Positions 19,808-30,539 are shown, numbered from the stretch's first letter. The stretch: 64,000 bases of DNA from Bacillota bacterium (GCA_050952625.1 JBMNLH010000002.1:1-64000); one strand, 5' to 3'. A program made the numbers and translations. Notes: generated by a model from the sequence alone, not told the origin.

Positions 19808-20953
19808 TTACGCTCCCCTCTCTCGGCAGTAGTCTTCCCACAGACTAACCAGTTCTTTGTCAAATAGAGACCGCTTGAGATTGACCGCCACGGCCCGGAC
19901 CCGAGTGAGCATCGCGTTGGCGTCTTCTTCGGTCAATTCAACATCATACTCCCGGAACTTAGCGATAATCGAATGGGTCCCCGAATGCTTGCCAATCACA
20001 ATCTGCCGTTCCAGACCCACTTCTTCAGGGGTAAAAGCCTCATAAGTCTTGGGATTCTTTAGCACTCCATCCCCGTGAATACCGGATTCATGCGCAAACA
20101 TATTGGAACCGACAATAGCTTTGCCCGGATGGAGGATCCGGCCAGAAGCCCGAGCCACATACTCAGCGACCTCACGAAACATTTCCGTCTTGAAGTTCAA
20201 ATCATCACGCTCAATATGTTTTAGAGCCATGACGACTTCTTCCAAAGGTGCATTACCGGCCCGTTCACCCAGTCCCCCAACTGTGACGCCGACCCAATTT
20301 GCTCCGGCACGCACGCCGGCCAGGGCATTAGCGGTGGCCATGCCAAAATCGTTATGGGTGTGCATCTCAATGTCTATCCCGGTGGCATCAATTAAGGCCT
20401 TAATTCGGTCAAAGGTGGCGAAGGGTTCCAGCACACCAACAGTATCACAGTACCGTAGACGATTAGCCCCGGCCTGTTTTGCCAGACGGGCGAATTCTAT
20501 TAAAAAGTCCATATTGCTACGGGAGGCGTCCTCCGCGTTAACTGAAATATAGACACCATTACTGTGGGCAAATTCAACTGCTTTGACCATCCGCTCCAAA
20601 ACATCTTCCCGAGTAGTCCGCAATTTATGTTTAATGTGGATATCCGAAGTTGATATCGAAATAGCCACGGCATCCACACCACAGTCGAGCGATTCTTGAA
20701 TATCCGGGATCGCGGCCCGATTCCAGCCCATAATGCTGGCCTTTAACCCCAGCTTACAAATATCCCGAATCGCCTGCTTTTCATCGCCACCCATCACCGG
20801 GACACCGACCTCGATCTGATCCACGCCTAGCTCATCCAGATACCTAGCGATCCGAATTTTCTCTACATTGGCAAAAACAACACCGGCAGTCTGTTCCCCA
20901 TCACGCAAGGTGGTATCAACGATGTAAATCTTTTTTCCCACCACCTCAATCAC
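19808..20953 (-). CDS. nifV: Homocitrate synthase-like (NifV/AksA-type) DRE-TIM acyltransferase
   Basis: DTTLRDGEQ, HTHNDFGMA, GLGERAGNA, HESGIH and GKHSG motifs; no LeuA regulatory domain. Confidence 0.8.
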   Translation of the reverse strand: MIEVVGKKIYIVDTTLRDGEQTAGVVFANVEKIRIARYLDELGVDQIEVGVPVMGGDEKQAIRDICKLGLKASIMGWNRAAIPDIQESLDCGVDAVAISISTSDIHIKHKLRTTREDVLERMVKAVEFAHSNGVYISVNAEDASRSNMDFLIEFARLAKQAGANRLRYCDTVGVLEPFATFDRIKALIDATGIDIEMHTHNDFGMATANALAGVRAGANWVGVTVGGLGERAGNAPLEEVVMALKHIERDDLNFKTEMFREVAEYVARASGRILHPGKAIVGSNMFAHESGIHGDGVLKNPKTYEAFTPEEVGLERQIVIGKHSGTHSIIAKFREYDVELTEEDANAMLTRVRAVAVNLKRSLFDKELVSLWEDYCRERGA

Positions 20954-21079
20954 TCCTCCTCACAGTCTTCAGTTTTTAAATATAATAAAATTATAGATTT
21001 CTCTCTATATAATCAATTTTCCTGCTTAAAAAGCCATGTATTTTGTATTCAAACTAAGCCATTGCCTAAATTCTTTCTT

Positions 21080-21598
21080 TTAGCATATGCGATTAACCGC
21101 TGCCGGACTAGCTTTTCCCCGGGTTTGTTTCATGACTTGACCGACCAGAAACCCGAAGGCTTTTTCTGTCCCGTTTTTATAATCTTCGACTACCTTCGGA
21201 TTCGTTTGGATTACCTGGTTGACGATTTCGGCAATCGCTGCTTCATCAGTAATCTGAACCAGGTCCTTTTCCTTAACAATACTTGCTGGAGCCTGGCCGG
21301 TCCTAAACATCTCTTCGAAAACAGTCTTGGCTATTTTGCCGCTGATCGTCCCCTGGTCCATCAGCTTTAGCATATCAGCCAGGTGTTGAGGGCTTGCTTT
21401 GGACTCAACAATCTCTAACCCCTCGGCGTTTAGACAGCGCAGCAGTTCTCCCATCACCCAGTTGCTGATGATTTTAGGATTGGGATATAGCTGACAAGCG
21501 GCCTCAAAAGTGGTAGGGCAGGAACAAAATATCTTTGATTTGGTCTTCAGTTCTGTATGGACTTCAAGCCCAATTACGGCTTCATATTCAGTCGCCAC
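21080..21598 (-). pseudogene. gatB: Asp-tRNA(Asn)/Glu-tRNA(Gln) amidotransferase B subunit with a large in-frame internal deletion (172 aa left)
   Basis: N-terminal [20 protein letters not shown] joined directly to the helical/YqeY region (FEAA...NWVMGEL...[14 protein letters not shown]). Confidence 0.9.
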
Positions 21599-21603
21599 AC
21601 TAT

Positions 21604-23076
21604 CTACCTCACATCTAAACCCGGTTTTTGCCGGTGCCAATCGGTGTTTTGTTCGTAAGCGTAGGCTGCCTGCAGCAAAGTCCCCTCGGCAAAGGGTCGG
21701 CCGATCAGTTGCAAACCAACCGGCATCCCTTGGGCGAAACCGCAAGGAATAGAAATCCCGGGCAAACCAGCCAGGTTAACAGGGATGGTACAAACCTCAG
21801 TCAGATACATCGCCAGCGGATCCTCTTTTTCGCCAAATTTAAAAGCCACATTCGGGGCCGTAGGGGAAACCAGCAGATCATACTGCTCAAAGGCTCGGTC
21901 AAAATCCTGCTTAATTAAGGTCCGTACCTTCAGTGCTTTTAAATAATAAGCATCGTAATAACCGGTACTCAAAGCGCAGGTACCCAGCATGATCCGGCGT
22001 TTAACCTCTTGGCCGAACCCCTCTGAGCGGGTTTTTTTAAACATGGTAATAATATCTTCGGCTGTGTCGGAGCGATGACCATAACGAACCCCGTCATACC
22101 GCGCCAAGTTTGAACTGGCCTCGGCTGTCGCAATCAAGTAATAAGCCGGCAGAGCATATTCTGTGTGGGGCAAAGATGTTTCCTCACAAATCGCGCCCAA
22201 TTCTTCCAACCGCCGAAGTGCCTTTTGGATGACCGTCGCTACTTCCGGATCTAATCCGGCCCCCAAGTACTCCCTGGGAATGCCCACTTTCATACCCTTT
22301 AAATCAGGTTTCAAGAAAGTGGTGTAGTCAGGCACCGCTACTGGGGCTGAAGTAGCGTCTCGAGGATCATGGCCGGCGATTGCGTTGAGCACCAGCGCGC
22401 AATCGGTTACATCGCGGGTTAGGGGGCCGATTTGATCAAGCGAAGATGCGTAGGCGATCAGCCCATACCGCGAAACTCGACCATAGGTCGGCTTTAATCC
22501 CACCACGCCGCAAAAGGCAGCTGGGAGACGAATTGAACCCCCGGTATCCGAACCAAGCGCAAAAATAACCTCATCAGCTGCCACCGCCGCTGCCGAGCCA
22601 CCACTGGATCCCCCAGGGACCCGGTCTAAATCCCACGGATTGGCTGTTGGACAAAATCCTGAATTCTCTGTTGAAGAACCCATTGCAAACTCATCCATAT
22701 TCAGCTTACCCACCATGACGGCGTGGTTTTGCTGTAGTTTCTCCGCCATAGTTCCGTCATACGGGGGAATAAAATTACGCAGAATCTTTGAGGCACATGA
22801 GGTGAGCACCCCTTTTGTGCACATATTATCTTTTAAGGCCATCGGTATCCCGGCCAGGGGAGATTGCGGGCTGGCCGATGGATCCGCTAAAAAAGCTTGC
22901 GCTTGCTCAGCCTGGATCTTCGCTGGTTCTGGAGTCAGAGTAATAAAAGCCTTAACCTTGTTTTCCACCTGCTCTATCCGACTTAAACAATCTGTCAGAA
23001 TCTCGCCGGGGCTGACCTGGCCTGACCGCAACAGGTCCTGCAGGGCATGGACCGTCAACTGATTGAGATTAGCCAA
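21604..23076 (-). CDS. gatA: Glu-tRNA(Gln) amidotransferase subunit A
   Basis: [19 protein letters not shown] and SSNLARYDG motifs; start TTG 23076 after GGAGG. Confidence 0.95.
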   Translation of the reverse strand: MANLNQLTVHALQDLLRSGQVSPGEILTDCLSRIEQVENKVKAFITLTPEPAKIQAEQAQAFLADPSASPQSPLAGIPMALKDNMCTKGVLTSCASKILRNFIPPYDGTMAEKLQQNHAVMVGKLNMDEFAMGSSTENSGFCPTANPWDLDRVPGGSSGGSAAAVAADEVIFALGSDTGGSIRLPAAFCGVVGLKPTYGRVSRYGLIAYASSLDQIGPLTRDVTDCALVLNAIAGHDPRDATSAPVAVPDYTTFLKPDLKGMKVGIPREYLGAGLDPEVATVIQKALRRLEELGAICEETSLPHTEYALPAYYLIATAEASSNLARYDGVRYGHRSDTAEDIITMFKKTRSEGFGQEVKRRIMLGTCALSTGYYDAYYLKALKVRTLIKQDFDRAFEQYDLLVSPTAPNVAFKFGEKEDPLAMYLTEVCTIPVNLAGLPGISIPCGFAQGMPVGLQLIGRPFAEGTLLQAAYAYEQNTDWHRQKPGLDVR

Positions 23077-23287
23077 GGTGTTTCCACTCCTCCAACCGGT
23101 AAATTTTCTTGAGCCAATGCTTGTCCAGGCTGTCATCTGAGCTGACAAAACCTGGGTCATCATTGCCTGCCATCAACATGATCCATTACACATCTCTACG
23201 GGCGGTGATTTAAACAATCAAGCCTATACCATTACAAGAAAAATAGAAGCGCGTAAGATTCTTCACTTCTTTCTAGAATGATATGAG

Positions 23288-23572
23288 CTACACAATCCTG
23301 GGTACCTTAAAAAAGCCTTCCACTCGATCCGGGGCATTTTGCAGGACCAATTCCTGATCCAGACTGTTGCCGATCTGGTCTTCCCGTAAAACATTGCTTA
23401 AGGGCAACACATGGACCATCGGCTCAACCTGACTGGTATCTAATTTAACCAGGATTTTTGCATATTCGAGAATAGAATTTAACTGAGCGGTATACTGTTC
23501 CTTTTCTGCTTCAGTCAGCTCTAGCCGGCTCAGTAAGGCTATATGCTCGGCCTGTTCTCTAGTTATGATCAT
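23288..23572 (-). CDS. gatC: Glu-tRNA(Gln) amidotransferase subunit C
   Basis: HIA.LSRL...LREDQ...NAP...GFFKVPRI; upstream of gatA. Confidence 0.92.
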   Translation of the reverse strand: MIITREQAEHIALLSRLELTEAEKEQYTAQLNSILEYAKILVKLDTSQVEPMVHVLPLSNVLREDQIGNSLDQELVLQNAPDRVEGFFKVPRIV

Positions 23573-23720
23573 AAACAAGCGACTTCCCTTCTCCGCCAAA
23601 AGTGAGCATAAGAGGAGAGGTTGTCTTCCTCCTTCCACAAACTCTTTACCCATCCTTCCAATTATAGCAAACCCTTTAATGACCAGCAACTTTTGAATTC
23701 TCACGCCAAATATTCTTTAC

Positions 23721-23761
23721 GCTCGTGTTTTAACTTGTTCAGCAGACTAGACTGGGAACGA
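23721..23761 (+). repeat. Dispersed ~40-bp intergenic motif, copy 1 of 4 (others at 25532-25572, 28321-28359 and 46524-46564)
   Basis: Consensus tgtttt(a)act..(g/t)tcagcagRc...Rctgg(g/a)aacga seen four times in the same orientation. Confidence 0.7.
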
Positions 23762-23869
23762 CAAACACCGCTTCCAAACCCAAAAGGACAGGGAAACGGT
23801 GTTTGTGTTTCAGTAAGAAAATAACACGCCAATCCTGGCTGTCATTGCTGTTTTCATCTTCAGATAACA

Positions 23870-24154
23870 TCAGCCGTAGCGATAGGAAATGCCAAAGCCA
23901 CCCCGAGGGTACCGCCAGTTAATGGCTGCCGGGTGCAGGCAGATCACCCGACAGGTCCCACACTCCAGACAGCCGGCATGGTCAAAGCCAATTTCACCAT
24001 CCTTAACCGTGTATAGACCAGCGGGGCAGGCAAAAGTGCAGGGTTTAGCCGAACAACCCCGGCATATTTCTTTATTTAATACAATCGACTTGTCTTCTGG
24101 ATCTAAAATGTATTTGTTTAAAGCCAATAATTCCTCTGCTGATAATCGTTTCAA
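23870..24154 (-). CDS. fixX: FixX-type ferredoxin
   Basis: C..C..KPC...CPA.LY and CLECGTC..C...W.YPRGGFG. Confidence 0.9.
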   Translation of the reverse strand: MKRLSAEELLALNKYILDPEDKSIVLNKEICRGCSAKPCTFACPAGLYTVKDGEIGFDHAGCLECGTCRVICLHPAAINWRYPRGGFGISYRYG

Positions 24155-25452
24155 AGCGACCGCCCCCCTTTCCAGGCATCACCCGCTACTTTTAACAGAC
24201 TCATTTGGCTTTCTTTCAACTGGTCAAGCAATTTGGTCAGCAGGTGGCCCGAGGGGGTGCCGTTGACCGTAAACAGGTGGGAAATTGCCCGACCAATCAA
24301 ATCCGGGTAACCAGTGTACAACTCGGGGTTTTCTAAAAACTGGGGAGCCCGCCGGTAGGTCTCCATCTCGGACCAGACCTGACACTCTTTAAGCCAGTCA
24401 TGGTAACGGCTAAGCCCCTGTCGCGAAAAATCCTGTTTGGCCGCTGCCTCAATGACTGTTTTCGCAGCCGCTTCACCGGATGCGATGGCCAAATCCATGC
24501 CTCGAACCAGATATCCCAGGTTGATGACCAGTCCGGCTGCGTCCCCAGCGACCAGGATGCCATCTCCAAACAGTTCCGGCCGCCTCGCCCACCCGGTTTC
24601 TGGAACCAAATGAGCGGAATACTCAGCCACCCGCCCCCCCTGAATCAAAGGGGCGATCTGGGGATGGGCTTTAAAATCCTCCAATAACTCACTTAATCGA
24701 AATTGATTCCGCTGTAATTCAGCCGCTTTGACTACCAATCCCAAAGAAACACTGCTTCGGTTAGTATACAGAAATCCGCCCCCCGGCATTCCCCGGGTAC
24801 AAGCCCCTACCAGGAGGCAGGCTGCCCCCTGCTCACCGGTCAGTTGAAAACGCTCATTAATGATGTCCGGGGATAGCTCGATAACCTGTTTAACCCCAGC
24901 CGCTACCTGGGATGGCAGCAATTCTTCGCGCAGGCCCGCTTTTTGAGCCATCAGGGAATTCGTTCCATCGGCAGCAATCACTACTTCGGCTAGCAGTTCG
25001 TCATCACCGGCCCGCACTCCGACGACTCGACCATTATCCAGCAGCAGATCATCGACCCGAATTCCGCAGGCAACCAAGGCACCGGCCTCTTCCGCTTTAG
25101 CGGCCAGCCAAGCATCGAATTCCGCCCGAAAAAGAGTAAAGGAGTGGGAGGGTGATTTGGCCCAGTTTTCGTCCTGGCAGGTCAGGGAAACCCCGCGGTC
25201 TTCCGTTAAAAAAGTGACTATCTCCTTAACCACGGCTCTTTCCGTTGGTGCTTCTTCCCAAAAATTCGGGATGACCCGCTGCAAGGCATGACTGTACATG
25301 CGGCCACCAAACATGTTTTTCGTCCCAGGGGCAGCTCCCTTTTCAATCAATAGTACATCCAGGCCAGCCTTAGCCAGTAAGTACGCCGCCGTACTTCCAG
25401 CCGGGCCGGCTCCAATAATGATTGCTGTATATCGCTCTTCTGCCATGCTCAC
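24151..25452 (-). CDS. fixC: FixC ETF:quinone oxidoreductase-like flavoprotein
   Basis: IIGAGPAG, G.KN.FGG, GGGFLYTN, EYSAHLVPE and GDAAG motifs. Confidence 0.9.
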   Translation of the reverse strand: MSMAEERYTAIIIGAGPAGSTAAYLLAKAGLDVLLIEKGAAPGTKNMFGGRMYSHALQRVIPNFWEEAPTERAVVKEIVTFLTEDRGVSLTCQDENWAKSPSHSFTLFRAEFDAWLAAKAEEAGALVACGIRVDDLLLDNGRVVGVRAGDDELLAEVVIAADGTNSLMAQKAGLREELLPSQVAAGVKQVIELSPDIINERFQLTGEQGAACLLVGACTRGMPGGGFLYTNRSSVSLGLVVKAAELQRNQFRLSELLEDFKAHPQIAPLIQGGRVAEYSAHLVPETGWARRPELFGDGILVAGDAAGLVINLGYLVRGMDLAIASGEAAAKTVIEAAAKQDFSRQGLSRYHDWLKECQVWSEMETYRRAPQFLENPELYTGYPDLIGRAISHLFTVNGTPSGHLLTKLLDQLKESQMSLLKVAGDAWKGGRSL

Positions 25453-25641
25453 CCACCTCTCATTTAACTCAGTAACTTAACACTCTATGTTATGATAAGC
25501 AATACTTGTGTTCTCACTATGATAAGCGAATGCATGTGTTGTCACTTGGTCAGCAGACCAGGCTGGAAACGAACGTCGATTGCTTAAGGCAGGCATCAAA
25601 CTCGCCATCTGAGGCCCCTGATATTCAGGAAGCTGTATATG

Positions 25642-26598
25642 TTACTTCTGTACAGCCTTGCGCAACATGTCAATCATTTCCGGAACAACGGTTTTAAGGT
25701 CTCCCGCAATTCCGTAGTCAGCTGCTTCAAAAATCGGCGCGTTTTCATCATTGTTTATGGCACAGACGATTCGACTATCCCGGATACCACTCAAATGATG
25801 AATTTGACCGGAAACGCCCAGGCCAATATATAGGTCTGGCTTGACTCTTTGCCCGGAGATTCCGATATAGCTATCGGCTGGCATCCAACCCAAATCTTCT
25901 GCTAGCGGCCGAGTGCAACCCAACTCCCCTCCCAGCACCTCCGCCAACTCCTTGGCCAGACTGAGGTCCTCCGGTTTTTCCAACCCCCGGCCAACACAGA
26001 TAATCACCCTGGCCTCGCTCAGATCGGCAGATTCCCGGACGATTGGCCTTCGGCTCAGGACTTTAACCGGGGAAGGGGTAAACGTCGTTAATTCTCGTAT
26101 AGCCCCTTCCCGGCCGGGTTGAGGTTCAACCGGGGTATAGGTATGTGGCGGAATGGTTGCCATTTGCGGTCGAGTCGGGCAAACCACGGTCTGAATGGCT
26201 ATCCCCCCATATACCAAGCGTTCCATGATTAATCGATTCTCCTGGTCCAGTTTGAGACTGGTACAGCCGCTGCACAGACCGGTGTTTAACCGCGCCGCCA
26301 GGCGGGCTGCCAGATCTTGACCGCGGGAAGTTCCCCCGACTAGAATGATTTCTGGGTCCTCCTGCCGGGCCTCTTCAGCTAAGGTAGACACCCAGGCTTC
26401 CCAAGGTTGATCATCCGGCAGAACCGGGAGCAAAAGGACTTCATCCGCCCCGTAAGCAATTAATTCAGTCGCCTTTGCTTTTTCCCTATTGGTGAGAGCA
26501 ATCAGCCGGGTTCCTAGTTGGGCCGCTAATTGCTGTCCAATATTCAATAATTCCAGAGTATGCTCAAAGTTTTCGGCCAATACCCAAATGCCAGCCAT
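25642..26598 (-). CDS. fixB: Electron transfer flavoprotein alpha subunit
   Basis: GRG, GCTRP, IGISGQ.VKP.LY..GVSGQIHH and AINND.NAPIF..ADYG motifs. Confidence 0.9.
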   Translation of the reverse strand: MAGIWVLAENFEHTLELLNIGQQLAAQLGTRLIALTNREKAKATELIAYGADEVLLLPVLPDDQPWEAWVSTLAEEARQEDPEIILVGGTSRGQDLAARLAARLNTGLCSGCTSLKLDQENRLIMERLVYGGIAIQTVVCPTRPQMATIPPHTYTPVEPQPGREGAIRELTTFTPSPVKVLSRRPIVRESADLSEARVIICVGRGLEKPEDLSLAKELAEVLGGELGCTRPLAEDLGWMPADSYIGISGQRVKPDLYIGLGVSGQIHHLSGIRDSRIVCAINNDENAPIFEAADYGIAGDLKTVVPEMIDMLRKAVQK

Positions 26599-26610
26599 AT
26601 TCTCCCCCCT

Positions 26611-27378
26611 CTAACTGACTACTCCTTCTCTAATTAAAGCCTCGACTACTTTTTGGATCTCCTCTGCTTCCGGCCCAAATTTGAGTCGCCGCCGATCAGT
26701 GGCCATAGCCTGAATCCCAATCGTCTGCAGACTGGAAGCAAAATCTAGACTCAGCTCGCTTTTTGTCAGGCTAATTACCGGTTTTTTGGCGGCCGCAAGC
26801 ACTTGTTTTAGGCCGGGCAGCCGAGGAGTGTTTATCTCCGGTAACACGGTAACCAAGGCCGGTAAGGGCACTGCCACCACTTCAATTCCATCCTCCAACC
26901 GACGTTCGGCGATGAGTTGGTTACCCTCAAGCGAGAGTTTATTTACGTAAGTAACTGCCGGCAGACCCAGCTTTTCCGCCAACCGCGGCCCGACCTGCTG
27001 CGCGTACAGATCACTCGATCCTTCACCGCAAATGATCAGGTCATACGACCCCTGGGAGTCAATCGCCGCGGCCAAGATAGCGGCGGTCTGAGCCGGCTCC
27101 AAGTCTTTAAAAGACGAATCATGAATAAATAAACCCTCTTCTGGCCCCCGGGAGAGAGCATCCTTTAGGCTCAGCCGAGCATTTGGCGGACCAACGGTGA
27201 CAGCAGTAACTTTGCCTCCGTACTGTTCCTGCAAACGAACTGCTTCCTCAATGGCATTCCGGTCGTAATCGCTAATCTTATAACCAACTCGATCCAGGAT
27301 TAGGTCACGACCATTAGCGGCTACTTTTATATCCGATTCATCAAGCACCCATTTGAAGCAAGTAATGATTTTCAACAT
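26611..27378 (-). CDS. fixA: Electron transfer flavoprotein beta subunit
   Basis: ISDYD.NAIEEA and CGEGSSD.YAQQVG motifs. Confidence 0.9.
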   Translation of the reverse strand: MLKIITCFKWVLDESDIKVAANGRDLILDRVGYKISDYDRNAIEEAVRLQEQYGGKVTAVTVGPPNARLSLKDALSRGPEEGLFIHDSSFKDLEPAQTAAILAAAIDSQGSYDLIICGEGSSDLYAQQVGPRLAEKLGLPAVTYVNKLSLEGNQLIAERRLEDGIEVVAVPLPALVTVLPEINTPRLPGLKQVLAAAKKPVISLTKSELSLDFASSLQTIGIQAMATDRRRLKFGPEAEEIQKVVEALIREGVVS

Positions 27379-27465
27379 CTGCCTTCACCACCTAACCTGC
27401 CGTTAATTTCTGTTAACCAGCCATACCCGCAAGGCACACCCGCCGGAAGAACCGTCCCCGTGGCG

Positions 27466-28245
27466 TTATTTCAGCCCACAGTACCGGTCCAATTCCTCGT
27501 AAGAAGGCGGGAATATTGGTCTAGCACTCGTCCCAAAGAAAGGAGTGGGAATCCGGGCTACCCCGCTTTTGTGCGTACCGATCAGACCCTCAACTACATT
27601 TTGAATCTGCGCAGCCGGGATAACAAAGGCAATCTCGTCATCCGCCGTCTGGGCAAAGACCCTTTCACCACCCCCGGGGACAACCACGTTACATTTTTGG
27701 GTTTGCAAAGCCTTAACGATATAAACCCCACAGGAACAACGGCCCATAAATTGTGATTCAATTGCCCCGCCCTCATTATACAGGGCAGCCTGGATTAGTC
27801 TCACTATCTGAGCTCCGTTTCCGTAAATCAGCACCAGATCTGGAGCAAAATCGGCCCGATGCAAGGGAGCGACTACCATACTTTTAATGCCGCCGATTTC
27901 CATTTTAGGGGTAGCAGCTTGAGTTTTGGCCCCGGCCTCCGGAGTTTTCGCATATAACGGGTAAATGGTATGTCCAGCTAGCGCAAAATCTGGATCCTCT
28001 TTGTAACCAAAAATAAGAATGGATAGGCCGCAGGCATGGTCCTTCTCCAAAAAACCAATAGTGCGGCCATTGCGTCGAGCGATTGAAATTCCCTGACAAA
28101 TATTAATCGGATAACCAAAAAGGGCACTAGCGGCTTTAACCTTGGCTGGCAGACTATCTTCCCGGGATACTTTTATGGCTACCGGAAAAGTGGCTAAACG
28201 CAGGTATTCATTAAACACCTCATTTAGTTTATTATTCTCTACCAT
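27466..28245 (-). CDS. DUF169 family protein
   Basis: PVAIK...ICQ....RR...C..G and PDLVLIYGN.AQ.VRL; start ATG 28245 after AAGGAGG. Confidence 0.75.
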   Translation of the reverse strand: MVENNKLNEVFNEYLRLATFPVAIKVSREDSLPAKVKAASALFGYPINICQGISIARRNGRTIGFLEKDHACGLSILIFGYKEDPDFALAGHTIYPLYAKTPEAGAKTQAATPKMEIGGIKSMVVAPLHRADFAPDLVLIYGNGAQIVRLIQAALYNEGGAIESQFMGRCSCGVYIVKALQTQKCNVVVPGGGERVFAQTADDEIAFVIPAAQIQNVVEGLIGTHKSGVARIPTPFFGTSARPIFPPSYEELDRYCGLK

Positions 28246-28421
28246 GAAGGATATCCTCCTTTCAAGTTTAGAAGAAATTCCAGCACCATAAGGCATAGTT
28301 TACTAATGTCCATACTCAACGCATGTTTTAACTCAGTCAGCAGGCTAAACTGGAAACGAAAAGAAAAAGATGTATAAGTGGTGCTGCTTAACGGCTTGAG
28401 GGTCTACTCTAAAAATTCGCT

Positions 28422-29561
28422 TTAACGAAGCATGGCACCCGCGATGACCATTCTCTGAGCTTCCGAAGTACCTTCATAAATTTCAGTAATCTTCGCATCC
28501 CGCATGAGCCGTTCAACTTTGGTCCCTTTCATATAGCCAATTCCTCCGTGGATCTGCACCGCTTTCGAGGTATGACGAGAAACAGCCTCTGAGGCAAAGA
28601 GTTTAGCCATCGCTGCTTCTTTACTAGCTGACTGCCCCTGATCCTTACAGAATGCGGCATAATAAGTCAGGAAACGAGCTGCTTGTAAATCCGTCGCCAT
28701 ATCAACCAGCATCCACTGAATGGCCTGATTAGTCGAGATCGGCTTGCCAAATTGAACCCGCTCTTTAGCAAAACTGGTCGACTCATCCAGGGCGGCCTGT
28801 AAAATACCCACGGCTTGGGCGGCGATGCCAATCCGACCGGTGTCCAGTGCCTGCATGGCAATTCGGAAACCTTGACCTTCTTGACCAAGTAGATTTTCCT
28901 TCGGAATTCGGCAATCTTTGAAAAAGACCTCCGAGGTTTGGGAAGCACGCAAGCCCATTTTTTTGAAATGCTTGCCTACGGTAATGCCGCCAGCTTCCTT
29001 GGGTACTACAAAAGCACTCATCCCTCTTGCCCCTTTAGTCTTGTCCGTTACGGCAATAACCACGAAAATATCCGCCAACGGGCCATTGGAAACAAAGGTC
29101 TTGGTCCCGTTGATCACGTATTCATCCCCCTCCAGCACAGCAGACGTGGTAGCGGACCCAGGGTCGGTCCCGGCTCCCGGTTCGGTTAGAGCAAACGCGC
29201 CGACTTTTTCCCCCTTACAGAGAGGAATCATGAACTTCTTTTTCTGTTCTTCGTTACCGTATTGAAAAATAGGCGTCAAGACCAGCCCGGTAGTTGCTGA
29301 AACCGTAAATCCAGTAGAAGCACAAGCACGAGAAATTTCTTCTATGACAATAGCGAAAGTTAGATAATCCGAACCGGCTCCACCATATTCTGTCGGGTAA
29401 GGAATTCCCAACCAGTCCATCTCTGCCAATTTGGCCATTACGTCGGCCGGGTAGCGGCTCTCTTCATCAAGCTCAGCAGCAATCGGCTCCAGATACTTCT
29501 GAGTAAACTCTCGCGCACTTGCTCGGATAAGTTCCTGCTCCTCTGTCAGTCTAAAATCCAT
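28422..29561 (-). CDS. Acyl-CoA dehydrogenase (butyryl-CoA dehydrogenase-like)
   Basis: FALTEPGAGTD, KMGLRAS, R.QFGKPI, QIHGG.GY and IYEGTSE motifs. Confidence 0.93.
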   Translation of the reverse strand: MDFRLTEEQELIRASAREFTQKYLEPIAAELDEESRYPADVMAKLAEMDWLGIPYPTEYGGAGSDYLTFAIVIEEISRACASTGFTVSATTGLVLTPIFQYGNEEQKKKFMIPLCKGEKVGAFALTEPGAGTDPGSATTSAVLEGDEYVINGTKTFVSNGPLADIFVVIAVTDKTKGARGMSAFVVPKEAGGITVGKHFKKMGLRASQTSEVFFKDCRIPKENLLGQEGQGFRIAMQALDTGRIGIAAQAVGILQAALDESTSFAKERVQFGKPISTNQAIQWMLVDMATDLQAARFLTYYAAFCKDQGQSASKEAAMAKLFASEAVSRHTSKAVQIHGGIGYMKGTKVERLMRDAKITEIYEGTSEAQRMVIAGAMLR

Positions 29562-29625
29562 GGCAATACCTCCCTTTTTTTAGCTTTTTTTATTACTTTA
29601 ACACTGCTAAAATAGCTTGTCAACC

Positions 29626-29647
29626 AATAGTTTGTATATAAATTATT
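29626..29647. promoter_or_regulatory. Imperfect 22-bp palindrome (aatagtttgtatataaattatt), candidate MarR operator
   Basis: 18 of 22 positions self-complementary, ~65 nt upstream of the acyl-CoA dehydrogenase start; MarR gene adjacent. Confidence 0.4.
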
Positions 29648-30014
29648 TGGACATCAGACATAAATAGACAGAAATCTCCTCGTTTATGAAAAATTCGAGC
29701 CACATTATAATAGACTATTATCTTTAGATAGGATCATACTAGTCAAAAAATAGTTTTTAGTGGTTGTTCCCTGCGGACATGGTTGGTTAACATGATTGTT
29801 AACACATTTAAAGCACGAAAAAAAGGCATGCCGAACTGAAGTTCTAAGAAGCGTACAGTGAGGGGCTTAGGGTTAAGAACATAGTTAAGGATTTAAGCAA
29901 GTTATTTAAGCAAAAAAGCCGATGCCTCTAACTCCATTAATGTTTATTATGTATCAGGCGTCTCAGGATGAAAAACAAAATTTCCTAAAATACGACAACC
30001 GTAGCGTTATAAAT

Positions 30015-30431
30015 TTAATTCGTTTTACTAATATTCCATAATAGCTGCTTTAAAGCTTCTATTCGCTCTGGTTCCAATCCCTCTAATACCTTCTGATTGG
30101 CTTTCTCAATAACCTCTTCCAACGGAACTTTAAGATCACGCCCTTTTTGCGTAAGCTGAATCTGCAAAGCCCGGCGATCTCGGGGATCTGTTTGTTTGAC
30201 AATCAGGCCTCTTTGCTCCATGCGATCTAAAACCCCCGTCATTGTAGAACCATCCAACGCTAAGCGTTCCGCTAATTGTCGTGCTGTCTGACAGTCCTCG
30301 TCCCATAGACACCGAAGCACTCCATACTGACCGGGAGTAACCCCGTAAGGAGCCAAATCACTTTTAAATAACTGATGTACCGCATGCTGGGCCTTAGTTA
30401 GAACAAAATTAATACAATGCTCCAATTCCAT
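30015..30431 (-). CDS. MarR family transcriptional regulator
   Basis: VTPGQY.VL, T.TGVLDRME..GLI and DPRDRR....LT.KG motifs. Confidence 0.92.
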   Translation of the reverse strand: MELEHCINFVLTKAQHAVHQLFKSDLAPYGVTPGQYGVLRCLWDEDCQTARQLAERLALDGSTMTGVLDRMEQRGLIVKQTDPRDRRALQIQLTQKGRDLKVPLEEVIEKANQKVLEGLEPERIEALKQLLWNISKTN

Positions 30432-30539
30432 ATTCCTTTGACTCCTTTTCAATTGACAATAATTGAAGTAAATATAGTCTTTATAATAGCAAGAAAGTTA
30501 AGCTTTAATCAAGCAATAATCATCTAAACAATACCACTA

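Noticed and set aside
21599-21745. N-terminal extension of the gatB ORF
   Set aside because: It overlaps gatA in another frame; the real start is GTG 21598 after GAGGT
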